Positions 30,201 through 42,901 of a DNA stretch of 64,000 nucleotides are shown here, in pieces. The DNA is from Macrostomum lignano (lineage: Eukaryota): the NCBI GenBank assembly GCA_002269645.1, contig NIVC01001697.1:124001-188000 (forward strand). The letters are read 5' to 3'. Positions within the stretch are counted from its first letter, which is position 1, and every line of letters starts with the position of its first letter. A program made the translations under genes and the position numbers. A model generated the notes under the pieces. The model was not told where the DNA came from. It saw only the letters and a list, made by a program, of their open reading frames with translations, and searched no databases.

Positions 30201-32386
30201 CAAACAACAACAACAACAAAATACGCGACCCCGCATGCACAGTCACAGTTAAAGCAGGGCGCGTCAGATGGCGCGCCGCAGAGCCTGGCAGAGAACAAAG
30301 TCCGCTCCGTTGGCAGTGTCGGGCGCCCCAGCGTCGCACAGCAGGCAGTCCACGTATCGACGGGTTCGGGCCTGACCCCGCCTGAACAGACCCTGCAAGG
30401 TAAGCAGCAGGACGTCCTGAACAGGTTGGGGGCAGTAGCCCTCGGCCCGGATCACGTGGCCCGCCAGTTGGAGTCGCCGTCGGCGCAGGATGGTGGACGG
30501 GCGCTGCAGCATGGCCCGATCGTACAGGGCCTCGGTCCCGACGCTCTCGTCAGTTCGAAAGGCCGCACGGAGCAGCCCTGAGTGCGCCGAGTCCAGATGC
30601 CGCTCTAGCGTAGCCGTCAGCGTCCACGTCTCGGCGTTGCAGGACGGTTTCGACCACCACCTGCCACAGCCGAGCCCTCTGGCGGTCGGGCAGCGCTTCG
30701 GACTCGAGGACGGCTCGGATCGAACGAAAGGCCGCCCAGGCAAGTCCTCTGCGCCGCCGGAGGTCCTCTTCCCACGTGGGGCACCAGACCGCTGAGGTAG
30801 GTGAACCGCTGGCAGCGTGCGAGCCTGGTCGTCTGCCCGTCTGCGCCGCGGCACGTCAGGTCCGCTGGGATGTCGGCCGGCACAGTCAGCACCTCGGTCT
30901 TCAGCGTGTTGACGATCAGACCGACGCTCGATGCCACCTCAACCAGCCTGTCGATCTGGCGCTGGGCGCCTTCAACGGACGAGGACAGGAGGGCGAGGTC
31001 GTCGGCGTAGCCAAGCACGCTTAGGCGCTTTTCACCGTGGCAGCGACGGATGCGTCTGCGCAGCAGGAAGCCGTCATTAGCCGAGGGGAGTGCGGTCCGA
31101 AGCACCCAGTCCAGCAGCAGCACGAAGAGGAACGGCGCCAAGGTGTCTCCCTGCAGAACTCCTGATGAAGTGTCGAACAGGTCAGACAGGCCGTCCGCCG
31201 TCACCACAGCAGCTCGAGTATCGCAATACAGCGCCATGACAGCGTCGATTAGCTGCTGGGGCACCCGGTAGGCTCGAAGGACGAAGTGGAGAGCGGCTCT
31301 CAACACCGAGTCAAACGCCTTTCGGAAGTCAACGAAGACAATGATCAGCGTAGACTGGCGGATGCGCGCCTCCTCGATGACATGGCGGAGTGCGAGGATC
31401 TGTGTCACTGTACCGCGTTGCGGCCGGAATCCGTTCTGCTCGTACCGCAGGTACGGGTCCAGCACCGACTGGAGACGATCGAGCAGCAGCCGGTTGAAGA
31501 GCTTCGCGGTGCAGGACATCAGCGAGATCCCGCGGTGGTCTTCTTTCCGCGTTGTCCCTGCCTTCTTCGGGATTGGCACGATGTGCGCGACGGTCCACTC
31601 GGTGGGCGCAGGAGCGCCGGCGAGCACGCGGTTCATGACGCCTGTGACCTGGGAGGCCACACAGCGGAGCCGCAGCGCTTCGACCGGGACTTCGTCGGGG
31701 CCGAGCGCCTTGCCGCCTGATGTTTTTCGAGCGTACAGCACAACGTCCTCCGTGGTGACTGGTCTGGTGCAGAAGTCCTCCTCAGCTGGGAGCGGCGTGT
31801 CCAGTGGGAGCGCAAAGCTGGCGGGCAGCGGCGATGCAGGCGCGTTCACGATGCCGGCGAAGAAGTCGCGCAATTCATTCCTGCGCTCCTCCGGGGTGTC
31901 GCCGGCCAGATTCAGCGCCACGCGCTTTTTGCGCCCCGTCAGAGTCCGGACGGCCGTCCACTCTGCGCGGCTCTTCACGTCGGGGCCGGCTGCAGTGATG
32001 GACCTAAATGGCGTCGTCAACAGCTGCCTGCTGCCGCTCGTCAAGAAGGCGCTCAAATGCGTCTTCAGCGTCGCCTGTGGGCCTCCGGTTTCTGCGGAGT
32101 CGCTCGATGTTGAGCCGCGCCTGCCTGATGATGGGGTCGCTCTGCCAGACAGGCAGCGATTTTTGCGCTGGCCGCATCAGCGGGACCGTCTGCTCTGCAG
32201 CGGCTCTAGCAGCGGTGCTGATGTCGGAATACTCCGCCTCGCGCTGGTCTCCAAGCGCGCCGACGAAGGCGCCCGCGAATTGACGCTTCACGCGGGTGTC
32301 CAACAGTGCGCGATAGTAGCGCCGTGGGCGCTGCTTTGGCGGTCGGTAGAGCTGGTCGCGGAGCCGCAAGTCGCAGATCAGGATTC
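30201..32386 (-). mobile_element. Young 5'-truncated RTE-clade LINE (RT domain, several frameshifts, (TTG)n tail)
   Basis: KALGPDEVP, PIPKK, RGISLMSCTAKLF, QNGFR, FVDFRKAFDSV, GVLQGDTLAPFLF, YADDLAL, YNAETWTL-like motifs. No endonuclease present. Absent from units 2 and 3. Confidence 0.95.
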
Positions 32387-32944
32387 TGAAATCAAGATCG
32401 AATAGAGATTAAAAACGGATCCAGACACCTCCTTGTCGAGGCTCAAGACAAGCCAGCACAAAGCTATTTTGAGCTTGCCACAACTGCCAAAGCTACTCAG
32501 CAGCAATGTAGATACTAAGCTCATTAAAAGCGTTGACTATAGCTACCAGAGTAAAAAAAGTTAAAAAATCCCTTTGTTCGCCCAAAATCGGCTTGAGGCA
32601 GAATGAGTTGATTACTGATGCAGAGGGGAGGCCCGTTTGGCCGCAGCATCCCGCAACTTCCCATCCCATTGAGAATGCTCAGTGCCACCAATTTACTCTC
32701 AGCTGCCGCATGACAGGCAAAGTTTCTCTCCATCCCGAAGCTAATTAGCTACTGTCGTGGGATGGTTTCCATGGAGACGAGGACAACAAATTCTATTCGC
32801 TGGATAGCCCAGCCAGCCAACAGGAAAATGCAGCTGAGACACTATATTTAGAGCTGCAACTGCTCACTGGCTTAGCGACTTTCCTGGCTTAGAAGCATCT
32901 ACCAATCTACCTCGACAACCAAGCCCTGCTGTCAGCGTCTTGGA

Positions 32945-35553
32945 ATGACACTTCACGAAGTTGCCCTAACCTTGGCAGTGCTGATTTCATTCGCTGACGG
33001 TATCTCTTTTGTCTTCGACAAGAGGCCGGACCTGTGCCACAATGCTGCCACTGCAGCTGAGAGTCCGCGCAAACTGCTTGGCGTTGCCGATCCTCGAGTG
33101 TGCGCTGTCGAATGCGCGAGCAACACGACTCTGTGCTCAGTGTATGAGTACTCGCCTAGCAACAGGTCATGCATTCTTGGAAACAGCTGCGACCTGCTGC
33201 ATTTCTGGCAACTCAGCGGCGGACCGGCCTGCAACACGCAGGTGCTGCGAGGCGCAGCAGACTGTGAGACTGCGTCAGTGACTCCGACTAAGACTTCAAT
33301 TCTGACGACCCCAACTTCGACTACCTCGGTTCCGACTGCGGCTACGACCATTACGACTCCGACCACTACGATAACAACTACGACTCCGACTATGACAACC
33401 ACAACGACTCCGGCTACGACAACCACGACTCCGACTACCACAACCACCGCTACTCCGACAACCACCACGACTCCGACTACCACAACCACCACTACTCCAA
33501 CTACCACAACCACTACTACTCCGACAACCACCACGACTCCGACAACCACCACGACTCCGACTACCACAACCACCACGACTCCGACAACCACCACGACTCC
33601 GACAACCACCACGACTCCGACTACCACAACGACTCCAACTACCACAACGACTCCGACAACCACAACGACTCCGACAACCACCACGACTCCGACTACCACA
33701 ACGACTCCAACAACCACAACGACTCCGACTACCACCACGACTCCGACTACCACGACTCCGACAACCACAACGACTCCGACTACCACAACCACCACTACTC
33801 CGACTACCACAACCACCACGACTCCGACTACCACAACCACCACGACTCCGACAACCACAACGACTCCGACAACCACCACGACTCCGACTACCACAACCAC
33901 CACGACTCCGACAACCACCACGACTCCGACTACCACCACGACTCCGACTACCACGACTCCGACAACCACAACGACTCCGACTACCACAACCACCACTACT
34001 CCGACAACCACTACGACTCCGACAACCACTACGACTCCGACAACCACCACGACTCCGACTACAACCACCACACCGACTACGACCACTACGACTTCGACTA
34101 CGACAACCACTACGACCCCGACTACGACCACTACGACAACCACTACAACTCCTGCTCCAATGGTAGTAACAGGTAGGCATAAAATGAATTTTAACATTCG
34201 GAAGTATTAAGAAACAAAAGTTTTTTAAACCGAGCATTCAGCTGGAAATACTCGCAGAAAAAGCTTAAGGTTGGTCTCGCAGTCATACGGCTTAAGCTTT
34301 TCCATAAGGAAATGTTTTTAAACCACTGGTTCTGAGCGCGTCCATAGAGAATCATTCAATCACCCGCAACAAAATTGCTCTCTTAGTTAAAGCTAAATAA
34401 AAAAGAGATATCCAGAGCTGGACAAAGGACAGGCAGCTTAACTTGTGGCTCCTCTTGGATGTGACATCCGCCAGCAGGGGAGACAGCGGCGCCCGCAGAG
34501 CTCATGAAGCCATTTGCATATTTCAAAGACTCAAACATCGTACTTTCAATCTTCAGTTTTTCAGGATTTTTTAGCAAGAAATTTCCTACATATTGAAATT
34601 GAAATTTCGAATTTCAAATGAATCAATTAGGGTCTGTTGTGTCCGAGGCGCACACAAAAGTTTATCAAGCTACATTGTTTCTGAAAATGCTGCACAGGAG
34701 ACTACAGTACATGCATTTTTTAGTGCAGCGTCCATCTAATTTTGTTGTCCAATGAATTTATATTTAGTGCATAACTTCGAATCGTCAATTTCAATTTTCA
34801 GTGCCAACCTCGGGTTCAAAACAACATGGAACACCGGTGGACTACACGCCCCCTGTGGACAATGCCTGCTATCGGTTCGAAGCGCGTGGCGCCAAAGGAG
34901 GTTCCGGCGGAAGCGCAGCCGGTGGCAACGGGGCTATAAAAATTGCCCACTTTGTCTTGACCAGCTCTCAGACGTTGACTATTGTTGTCGGAAAACCCGG
35001 AAACAATGGCAATGGCGGCGGCGGAGGAGGCGGCACTTTTGTCTACACGAGTGGCGGCAGTCCCGTCCTGCTGCTGGCGGCCGGAGGAGGAGGCGGTGGA
35101 GCAGACGTCAACTCGGCTACAGGCAGCCCTGGAATCAGTTCGACCGGCGGCTGCTCCGGATTGGCCAATCAAAACGCGGGAAGCAACCCGTCCGGAGACA
35201 ACTGTGGCGCCGGCGGTGCCGGATGGCAATCACCTGGAACTTCACCAGGGGGCAACCATTGTGGCTCAGTTGGAAGCAATTTGGCAGGAGGTGATGGCGG
35301 ATCAGGAGGCGGCTTTGGTGGCTACGGTGGGGGAGGCGGTGGAGGCCGAACAAATGGAAATAATAAAGCTGGAGGCGGCGGCGGCGGTGGCTACTGCGGC
35401 GGCTCCGGTGGGGCAGAAGACAATCCGGGTGGCGGCGGCTCCAGCTATGCAGCTTCTTCAGCCAAGCAAGTTTCAGGATCGGATGGAGGCAACACCGAAT
35501 CTGATGGGAAGCTAGACATATCTATCGTGGCTAGCTCCGTCTGTACACCGTGA
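32945..35553 (+). CDS. Secreted signal peptide-PAN/apple-like-Thr mucin stalk-ALK/LTK-type glycine-rich domain protein, copy 1 (exons 32945-34172, 34802-35553; ~659 aa)
   Basis: Hydrophobic N-terminus; CAVECASNTTLCSVYEY...C PAN pattern; PTTTT tract; ACAG|GTAGGC donor and TTTTCAG acceptor in phase 1; GAKGG..FVL....L.IVVG..G..GGGGGGTFV...LLLAAGGGGG resembles the ALK/LTK GRD. Confidence 0.85.
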
Positions 35554-37667
35554 GCACCGGTTGAAAACGTTAACATGACTTTATTCACCAAGAACTCATT
35601 GCAAGCAACCCTCTTATGACTTTAGCACAGGGTTTGGCAAACTCTTTTTACCTCAAGGACCAAGAGAACCTAAGCGCATGACTGCGGGCCAGAGAAGGGG
35701 GGAGAAAACAGAATAGTGGGATGGCTATATTGTAAAGTTTAGGAGGCTTTGCGGAATTCATGTGACCCATGGGCGGGAGTCTGCCGACCCCTACCTGCTC
35801 TAGCAACGCTGAGGTGACTCTTGTAAATTTTAACAACTCAAATGCAACGGAGAGGCGATTGTGGAGTACAAAAAACGTGCGTCACGTGATCGTTGTAGAT
35901 TCGTAGAAGAGTCACGTAAGAGTCGTTGCGTTAGCGCTTAACTTTCTACTAACTTTTTGCCTATTATTAACCCTTTTTACCGGTTTTTGCGTGACGCGTG
36001 ACTCTGGGGACCTTGGCCTGGGTACCGTTTTCATCGGGTCAGGTAGAATCTAATCTCAGCAGTCGTGCAGCTGTAGCTCTTGAGATTTGGAGTTCAATAT
36101 CATATGCAGATTTCATGTAAAACTAAATTAGGAGGTAGAAAGTTTTAAGTTTTAATCTTGAAATTTCCAATATTTTGTTTCTTTTCGCTAATTTGTCCTT
36201 TTCCCGAGGTGCACTCAACAAGTTTAGCGAGAAATCAAGTTCAGCCATCGAAAAATAAGTTATTTTTCTAGAATCTTACTACTAGAAGTAGCTCAACTTT
36301 GAGCTATAATTCCCCTATGTTTTTAATGTGACATGTTTTCTGACTAACAAACTTTCTTTTCTGTATAAATTTAAACGACAAAAATTAAAGCAACTTTTTA
36401 TAAACAAAACTGCTGTCAAAATCGAAAATTTAAACTGTTTTTACCTTTTCTCTCAATCGATTCTTATATCGCTATATTTTCTATACAGAATCAAGCTATA
36501 TTTTTACTAGTATGATCCTACTAAACTACATAGTTACTACTAAATGACACTAAATGAATAAACTGTGTGACACCGAAAAAATCTATCCATATTCGATAAA
36601 CTTTTATATTCGTTTTGCCTTTCTTCGGATTTTTTACAATTTTTACGGACCCGATCGTATCGCATATTTTAATTTAGCCGATCGTTTAACAACAACTACA
36701 GAAGGCGGGAGGTGTCAGTCAGAACCTGTAACATTAACAGTCCTGCACATACAGACCGTTATTAATTGTATCAATTGCACGAGGGTTGCGGGCACCTTGG
36801 CGGAGCAGCGCCTTCGGTGACATCGTCACACAATTCCAGCGCTAGCTGGGGCATGCAATTCTACCCATATCGCTGACTCCTGAAAACAGACAAGCGCGCC
36901 AGTGCGGACCTGACTACTTTCTATTCTTCAGGCCAGCACTCTCCCGACCTTATATCGCTAAGAATACGCATGAAACGCTGCGGGGGTCTTTCTCGAAAGC
37001 TACTTACAATGGACCATAGACGTAAATTGTGTTGCTCACACTTACGATTTGCTTAAACATGTCGCAGTTCGGCCTTGCGTAAGTGAGCGCAATTTTATGA
37101 GCTTGCAATTTTGCGAAAGATGCAGTTTCTCGAAATGTTCGCATGTCTATGGTACGTCTTTCGTAAGGTTAATGATCCTAACTCTACGACTGCTCTCGGG
37201 ATCAATCTGAGGGACGATTCTTTAATGCTGCAAGTGACAGCTAAGATCATGGCGACCAAGCGTCAACCCAACTTCCAAGGAACATTAGAAGAAGAAGGAC
37301 GGGACACTTCGTTTCTTGGAAAATTTATTAAAGGCTGATTTTCGCGGAAAAATGTGAGATGGGGGCAAAGAAAAGAAAATTTGGTGGGGGTGTTTGGGCG
37401 GTTTCTAGAACTTTGAATTCCCGCCTTCGTTAACTCGGCACTCGTAAAGCCGGAAAGTTGCACGGATTTGTTCAAGTCGCTTTTCTCCTTTGATACTCCG
37501 TCTGCCGGGTCCTCAATTCCGGGGGTGGGTAGTCGTAATCGCAGTCGAGCGGTCTTGAGCAGGCACGGTCGTTCAGATTGTAGACACAGCGGTCTTGACA
37601 CCGTAAATTTCACTGTTCGCCTATTTGCTTAACTGTTTACTATAACAGTAGTAGAGTACAAGGACCA

Positions 37668-38610
37668 CTCACCTCTCCTCTCTTACCTCTCTTCTCCTCC
37701 CCTCTCCTCTCCTCTCCTCACCTCTCCTCTCCTCACCTCTCTTCTCCTCCCCTCTCCTCACCTCACCTCTCCTCTCCTCACCTCTCCTCTCCTCTCTTCA
37801 CCTCTCTTCTCCTCCCCTCTCCTCTCCTCTCCTCACCTCTCCTCTCCTCACCTCTCTTCTCCTCTCCTCACCTCTCTTCTCCTCCCCTCTCCTCTCCTCA
37901 CCTCTCTTCTCCTCTCCTCACCTCTCTTCTCCCCTCACCTCTCCTCTCCACATCTCTCTTCACCTCTCCTCTCCTCTCCTCTTCTCCCCTCTCCTCTCCT
38001 TACCTCTCCTCTCCTCACCTCTCCTCTCTTCACCTCTCCTCTCCTCTCCTCTTATCTCCTCTCTTCACCTCTCTTCTCCTCACCTCTCTTCTCCTCTCCT
38101 CACCTCTCTTCTCCCCTCACCTCTCCTCTCCCTATCTCTCTTCTCCTCTTCTCCCCTCTCCTCTCCTCTTCTCTCCTCTCTTCACCTCTCCTCTCCTCTC
38201 CTCTCTTCACCTCTCTTCTCCTCTCCTCTCCTCTTCTCCCCTCTCCTCCCCTCTCCTCTCCTCACTTCACCTCTCCTCTCCTCTCCTCTCCTCACCTCTT
38301 TCTCCCCTTACCTCTCCTCTTCTCTCCTCTCTTCACCTCTCCTCTCCTCTCCTCTCTTCACCTCTTTTCTCCCCTTACCTCTCCTCTTCTCCCCTCTCCT
38401 CTCCTCTCTTCACCTCTCTTCTCCTCTCCTCTCCTCTTCTCCCCTCTCCTCCCCTCTCCTCTCCTCACTTCACCTCTCCTCTCCTCTCCTCTCCTCACCT
38501 CTTTCTCCCCTTACCTCTCCTCTTCTCCCCTCTCTTCTCCTCTCTTCACCTCTCTTATCCTCTCCTCTCCTCTTATCTCCTCTCTTCACCTCTCTTCTCA
38601 CCTCTCTTCT
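37668..38610. repeat. Polypyrimidine CT array, unit 2
   Basis: Read directly. Confidence 0.95.
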
Positions 38611-39244
38611 CGAATCAGCTTGATACAGCGCAGGCTCCGAGCAGCCATCCACACTTTGCCAGGTTTTCTCAGGCAGTTAAAAAAGAGTTTGTTAAAGCCG
38701 GTTTTAACTGGAAGCAAGCGTGAGCCAACCATGCTATGCGATTTCATTAATAATTTAAACGGCAAATGAAACAGCGAGAGAGTTGGAGTGGACGACAGCA
38801 TGAAAGGCTGCTCCAGACGGAGTCTGGTTCTCTTCTAACTAAATAGGAGAAGAGCTACCATCAGGAGCCTCTCGTTTGTCCCTATGGTGCGGGGCCAAGC
38901 CTGGAGTGTGGCTATTTTATAACAAAAAATTAGATTCATTCAAATTTTCTCAGCTTGGAAACGTTTGGCATTTGTAGCACAAATTTATTCACATTACAAA
39001 TAGTTATAATTAACTGTTTTCGATCGAATAAAATGCTAGAAAATTTTACTGTAAAAGATGAAGCCTTAGCTACAGTTGATTGTAGGGGTTGTGGCACTAT
39101 AAGGATAATAAGGATAAATCCTTGAAAAACACTATAAGGATAGGACAAAATTTTCCATGTAATAATATGATAATTGATTACTCCTGCCCTAATGGGCAGA
39201 TGTGCAACCGACAGCTCAGCCGCAGCTATTGCGCGGCGCATCTG

Positions 39245-39461
39245 AAGGCTGCGTACGGCTGTTCAGTCCAAGGACTGGGGAGTCGCCACACACCCTTAAT
39301 TACCCCAGCTAATGCTGGCACCCATTTTACAGCTGAGTGAACTGAAGCAATGCAGAGTTAAGTGTCTTGCTCAAGGACACAAATTGTTCCTGTGGGATCG
39401 GGAATCGAACCCCCGACCTTCAAGTCATGAGTCCGACGCTCTAACCACTGGGCTACAGCCC
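39245..39461 (-). mobile_element. tRNA-derived CORE-type SINE, unit 2
   Basis: Paralog of 29820-30030. Confidence 0.8.
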
Positions 39462-40293
39462 TTCTGCATGTATGCATTACCTGTAAACCTGCACCTGCAA
39501 CTTCAAAACCATAAGCAGCAAAAACACAAAACTTCATACTCTTCTTCTTTGGCATCTTTCCACTCAAAGAATGCACCCTTAGCTTACACACGCACTTCTG
39601 CCCACGCCACACGAGCCCCGCACCTCCTCCTCCATGAAAACTTAATTCATAAAACAATCTTGAGGCGAAACTGACATTTTATTTCTGGAAACAAGCCAAA
39701 AAAGTGACCATTTTTATATTGTTGCATTTTATCGAAAAATTTGAAATCAAGATCGAATAGAGATTAAAAACGGATCTAGACACCTCCTTGTCGAGGCTCA
39801 AGACAAGCCAGCACAAAGCTATTTTGAGCTTGCCACAACTGCCAAAGCTACTCAGCAGCAATGTAGATACTAAGCTCATTAAAAGTGTTCTGACAACCAG
39901 ACGAGTAAAAAAAGTTAAAAAATCCCTTTGTTCACCCAAAATCGGCTTGAGGCAGAATGAGTTGATTACTGATGCAGAGGGGAGGCCCGTTTGGCCGCAG
40001 CATCCCGCAACTTCCCATCCCATTGAGAATGCTCAATGCCACCAATTTACTCTCAGCTGCCGCATGACGGGCAAAGTTTCTCTCCATCCCGAAGCTAATT
40101 AGCTACTGTCGTGGGATGGTTTCCATGGAGACGAGGACAACAAAATCGCTGGATAGCCCAGCCAGCCAACAGGAAAATGCAGCTGAGACACTATATTTAG
40201 AGCTGCAATTGCTCACTGGCTTAGCGACTTTCCTGGCTTAGAAGCATCTACCAATCTACCTCGACAACCAAGCCCTGCTGTCAGCGTCTTGGA

Positions 40294-42901
40294 ATGACAC
40301 TTCACGAAGTTGCCCTAACCTTGGCAGTGCTGATTTCATTCGCTGACGGTATCTCTTTTGTCTTCGACAAGAGGCCGGACCTGTGCCACAATGCTGCAAC
40401 TGCAGCTGGCGGTCCGCGCAAACTGCTCGGCGTTGTCGATTCTCGAGTGTGCGCTGTCGAATGCGCGAGCAACACGACTCTGTGCTCAGTGTATGAGTAC
40501 TCGCCTAGCAACAGGTCATGCATTATTGGAAACAGCTGCGACCTGCTGCATTTCTGGCAACTCAGCGGCGGACCGGCCTGCAACACGCAGGTGCTGCGAG
40601 GCGCAGCAGACTGTGAGACTGCGTCAGTGACTCCGACTAAGACTTCAATTCTGACGACCCCAACTTCGACTACCTCGGTTCCGACTGCGGCTACGACCAT
40701 TACGACTCCGACCACTACGATAACAACTACGACTCCGACTATGACAACCACAACGACTCCGGCTACGACAACCACGACTCCGACTACCACAACCACCGCT
40801 ACTCCGACAACCACCACGACTCCGACTACCACAACCACCACTACTCCAACTACCACAACCACTACTACTCCGACAACCACCACGACTCCGACAACCACCA
40901 CGACTCCGACTACCACAACCACCACGACTCCGACAACCACCACGACTCCGACAACCACCACGACTCCGACTACCACAACGACTCCAACTACCACAACGAC
41001 TCCGACAACCACAACGACTCCGACAACCACCACGACTCCGACTACCACAACGACTCCAACAACCACAACGACTCCGACTACCACCACGACTCCGACTACC
41101 ACGACTCCGACAACCACAACGACTCCGACTACCACAACCACCACTACTCCGACTACCACAACCACCACGACTCCGACTACCACAACCACCACGACTCCGA
41201 CAACCACAACGACTCCGACAACCACCACGACTCCGACTACCACAACCACCACGACTCCGACAACCACCACGACTCCGACTACCACCACGACTCCGACTAC
41301 CACGACTCCGACAACCACAACGACTCCGACTACCACAACCACCACTACTCCGACAACCACTACGACTCCGACAACCACTACGACTCCGACAACCACCACG
41401 ACTCCGACTACAACCACCACACCGACTACGACCACTACGACTTCGACTACGACAACCACTACGACCCCGACTACGACCACTACGACAACCACTACAACTC
41501 CTGCTCCAATGGTAGTAACAGGTAGGCATAAAATGAATTTTAACATTCGGAAGTATTAAGAAACAAAAGTTTTTTAAACCGAGCATTCAGCTGGAAATAC
41601 TCGCAGAAAAAGCTTAAGGTTGGTCTCGCAGTCATACGGCTTAAGCTTTTCCATAAGGAAATGTTTTTAAACCACTGGTTCTGAGCGCGTCCATAGAGAA
41701 TCATTCAATCACCCGCAACAAAATTGCTCTCTTAGTTAAAGCTAAATAAAAAAGAGATATCCAGAGCTGGACAAAGGACAGGCAGCTTAACTTGTGGCTC
41801 CTCTTGGATGTGACATCCGCCAGCAGGGGAGACAGCGGCGCCCGCAGAGCTCATGAAGCCATTTGCATATTTCAAAGACTCAAACATCGTACTTTCAATC
41901 TTCAGTTTTTCAGGATTTTTTAGCAAGAAATTTCCTACATATTGAAATTGAAATTTCGAATTTCAAATGAATCAATTAGGGTCTGTTGTGTCCGAGGCGC
42001 ACACAAAAGTTTATCAAGCTACATTGTTTCTGAAAATGCTGCACAGGAGACTACAGTACATGCATTTTTTAGTGCAGCGTCCATCTAATTTTGTTGTCCA
42101 ATGAATTTATATTTAGTGCATAACTTCGAATCGTCAATTTCAATTTTCAGTGCCAACCTCGGGTTCAAAACAACATGGAACACCGGTGACTACACGCCCC
42201 CTGTGGACAATGCCTGCTATCGGTTCGAAGCGCGTGGCGCCAAAGGAGGTTCCGGCGGAAGCGCAGCCGGTGGCAACGGGGCTATAAAAATTGCCCACTT
42301 TGTCTTGACCAGCTCTCAGACGTTGACTATTGTTGTCGGAAAACCCGGAAACAATGGCAATGGCGGCGGCGGAGGAGGCGGCACTTTTGTCTACACGAGT
42401 GGCGGCAGTCCCGTCCTGCTGCTGGCGGCCGGAGGAGGAGGCGGTGGAGCAGACGTCAACTCGGCTACAGGCAGCCCTGGAATCAGTTCGACCGGCGGCT
42501 GCTCCGGATTGGCCAATCAAAACGCGGGAAGCAACCCGTCCGGAGACAACTGTGGCGCCGGCGGTGCCGGATGGCAATCACCTGGAACTTCACCAGGGGG
42601 CAACCATTGTGGCTCAGTTGGAAGCAATTTGGCAGGAGGTGATGGCGGATCAGGAGGCGGCTTTGGTGGCTACGGTGGGGGAGGCGGTGGAGGCCGAACA
42701 AATGGAAATAATAAAGCTGGAGGCGGCGGCGGCGGTGGCTACTGCGGCGGCTCCGGTGGGGCAGAAGACAATCCGGGTGGCGGCGGCTCCAGCTATGCAG
42801 CTTCTTCAGCCAAGCAAGTTTCAGGATCGGATGGAGGCAACACCGAATCTGATGGGAAGCTAGACATATCTATCGTGGCTAGCTCCGTCTGTACACCGTG
42901 A
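40294..42901 (+). CDS. PAN-mucin-GRD gene copy 2 (exons 40294-41521, 42151-42901); 1-bp deletion near 42187 frameshifts exon 2 (pseudogene, truncated form or assembly error)
   Basis: Near-identical to copy 1. CCGGTGAC here versus CCGGTGGAC (copy 1) and CCGGTGAAC (copy 3). The spliced frame stops at TAA 42285-42287. Confidence 0.8.

Noticed and set aside
34802-35553. Bacterial or phage contamination as the source of the glycine-rich ORF
   Set aside because: It is joined by a canonical spliceosomal intron to a signal-peptide exon and embedded among SINEs and eukaryotic genes
35879-35890. GTCACGTGAT CLEAR/E-box-like motif (also near 43229 and 51137), and CACGTG at 4754 upstream of the mannosidase
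   Set aside because: Short motifs expected by chance; the triplicated one is downstream of the gene, and the mannosidase one lacks the TCACGTGA flanks
42101-42901. 266-aa ORF as a standalone gene
   Set aside because: Its ATG lies in the intron and is in frame only because of the 1-bp deletion; copies 1 and 3 show this is exon 2
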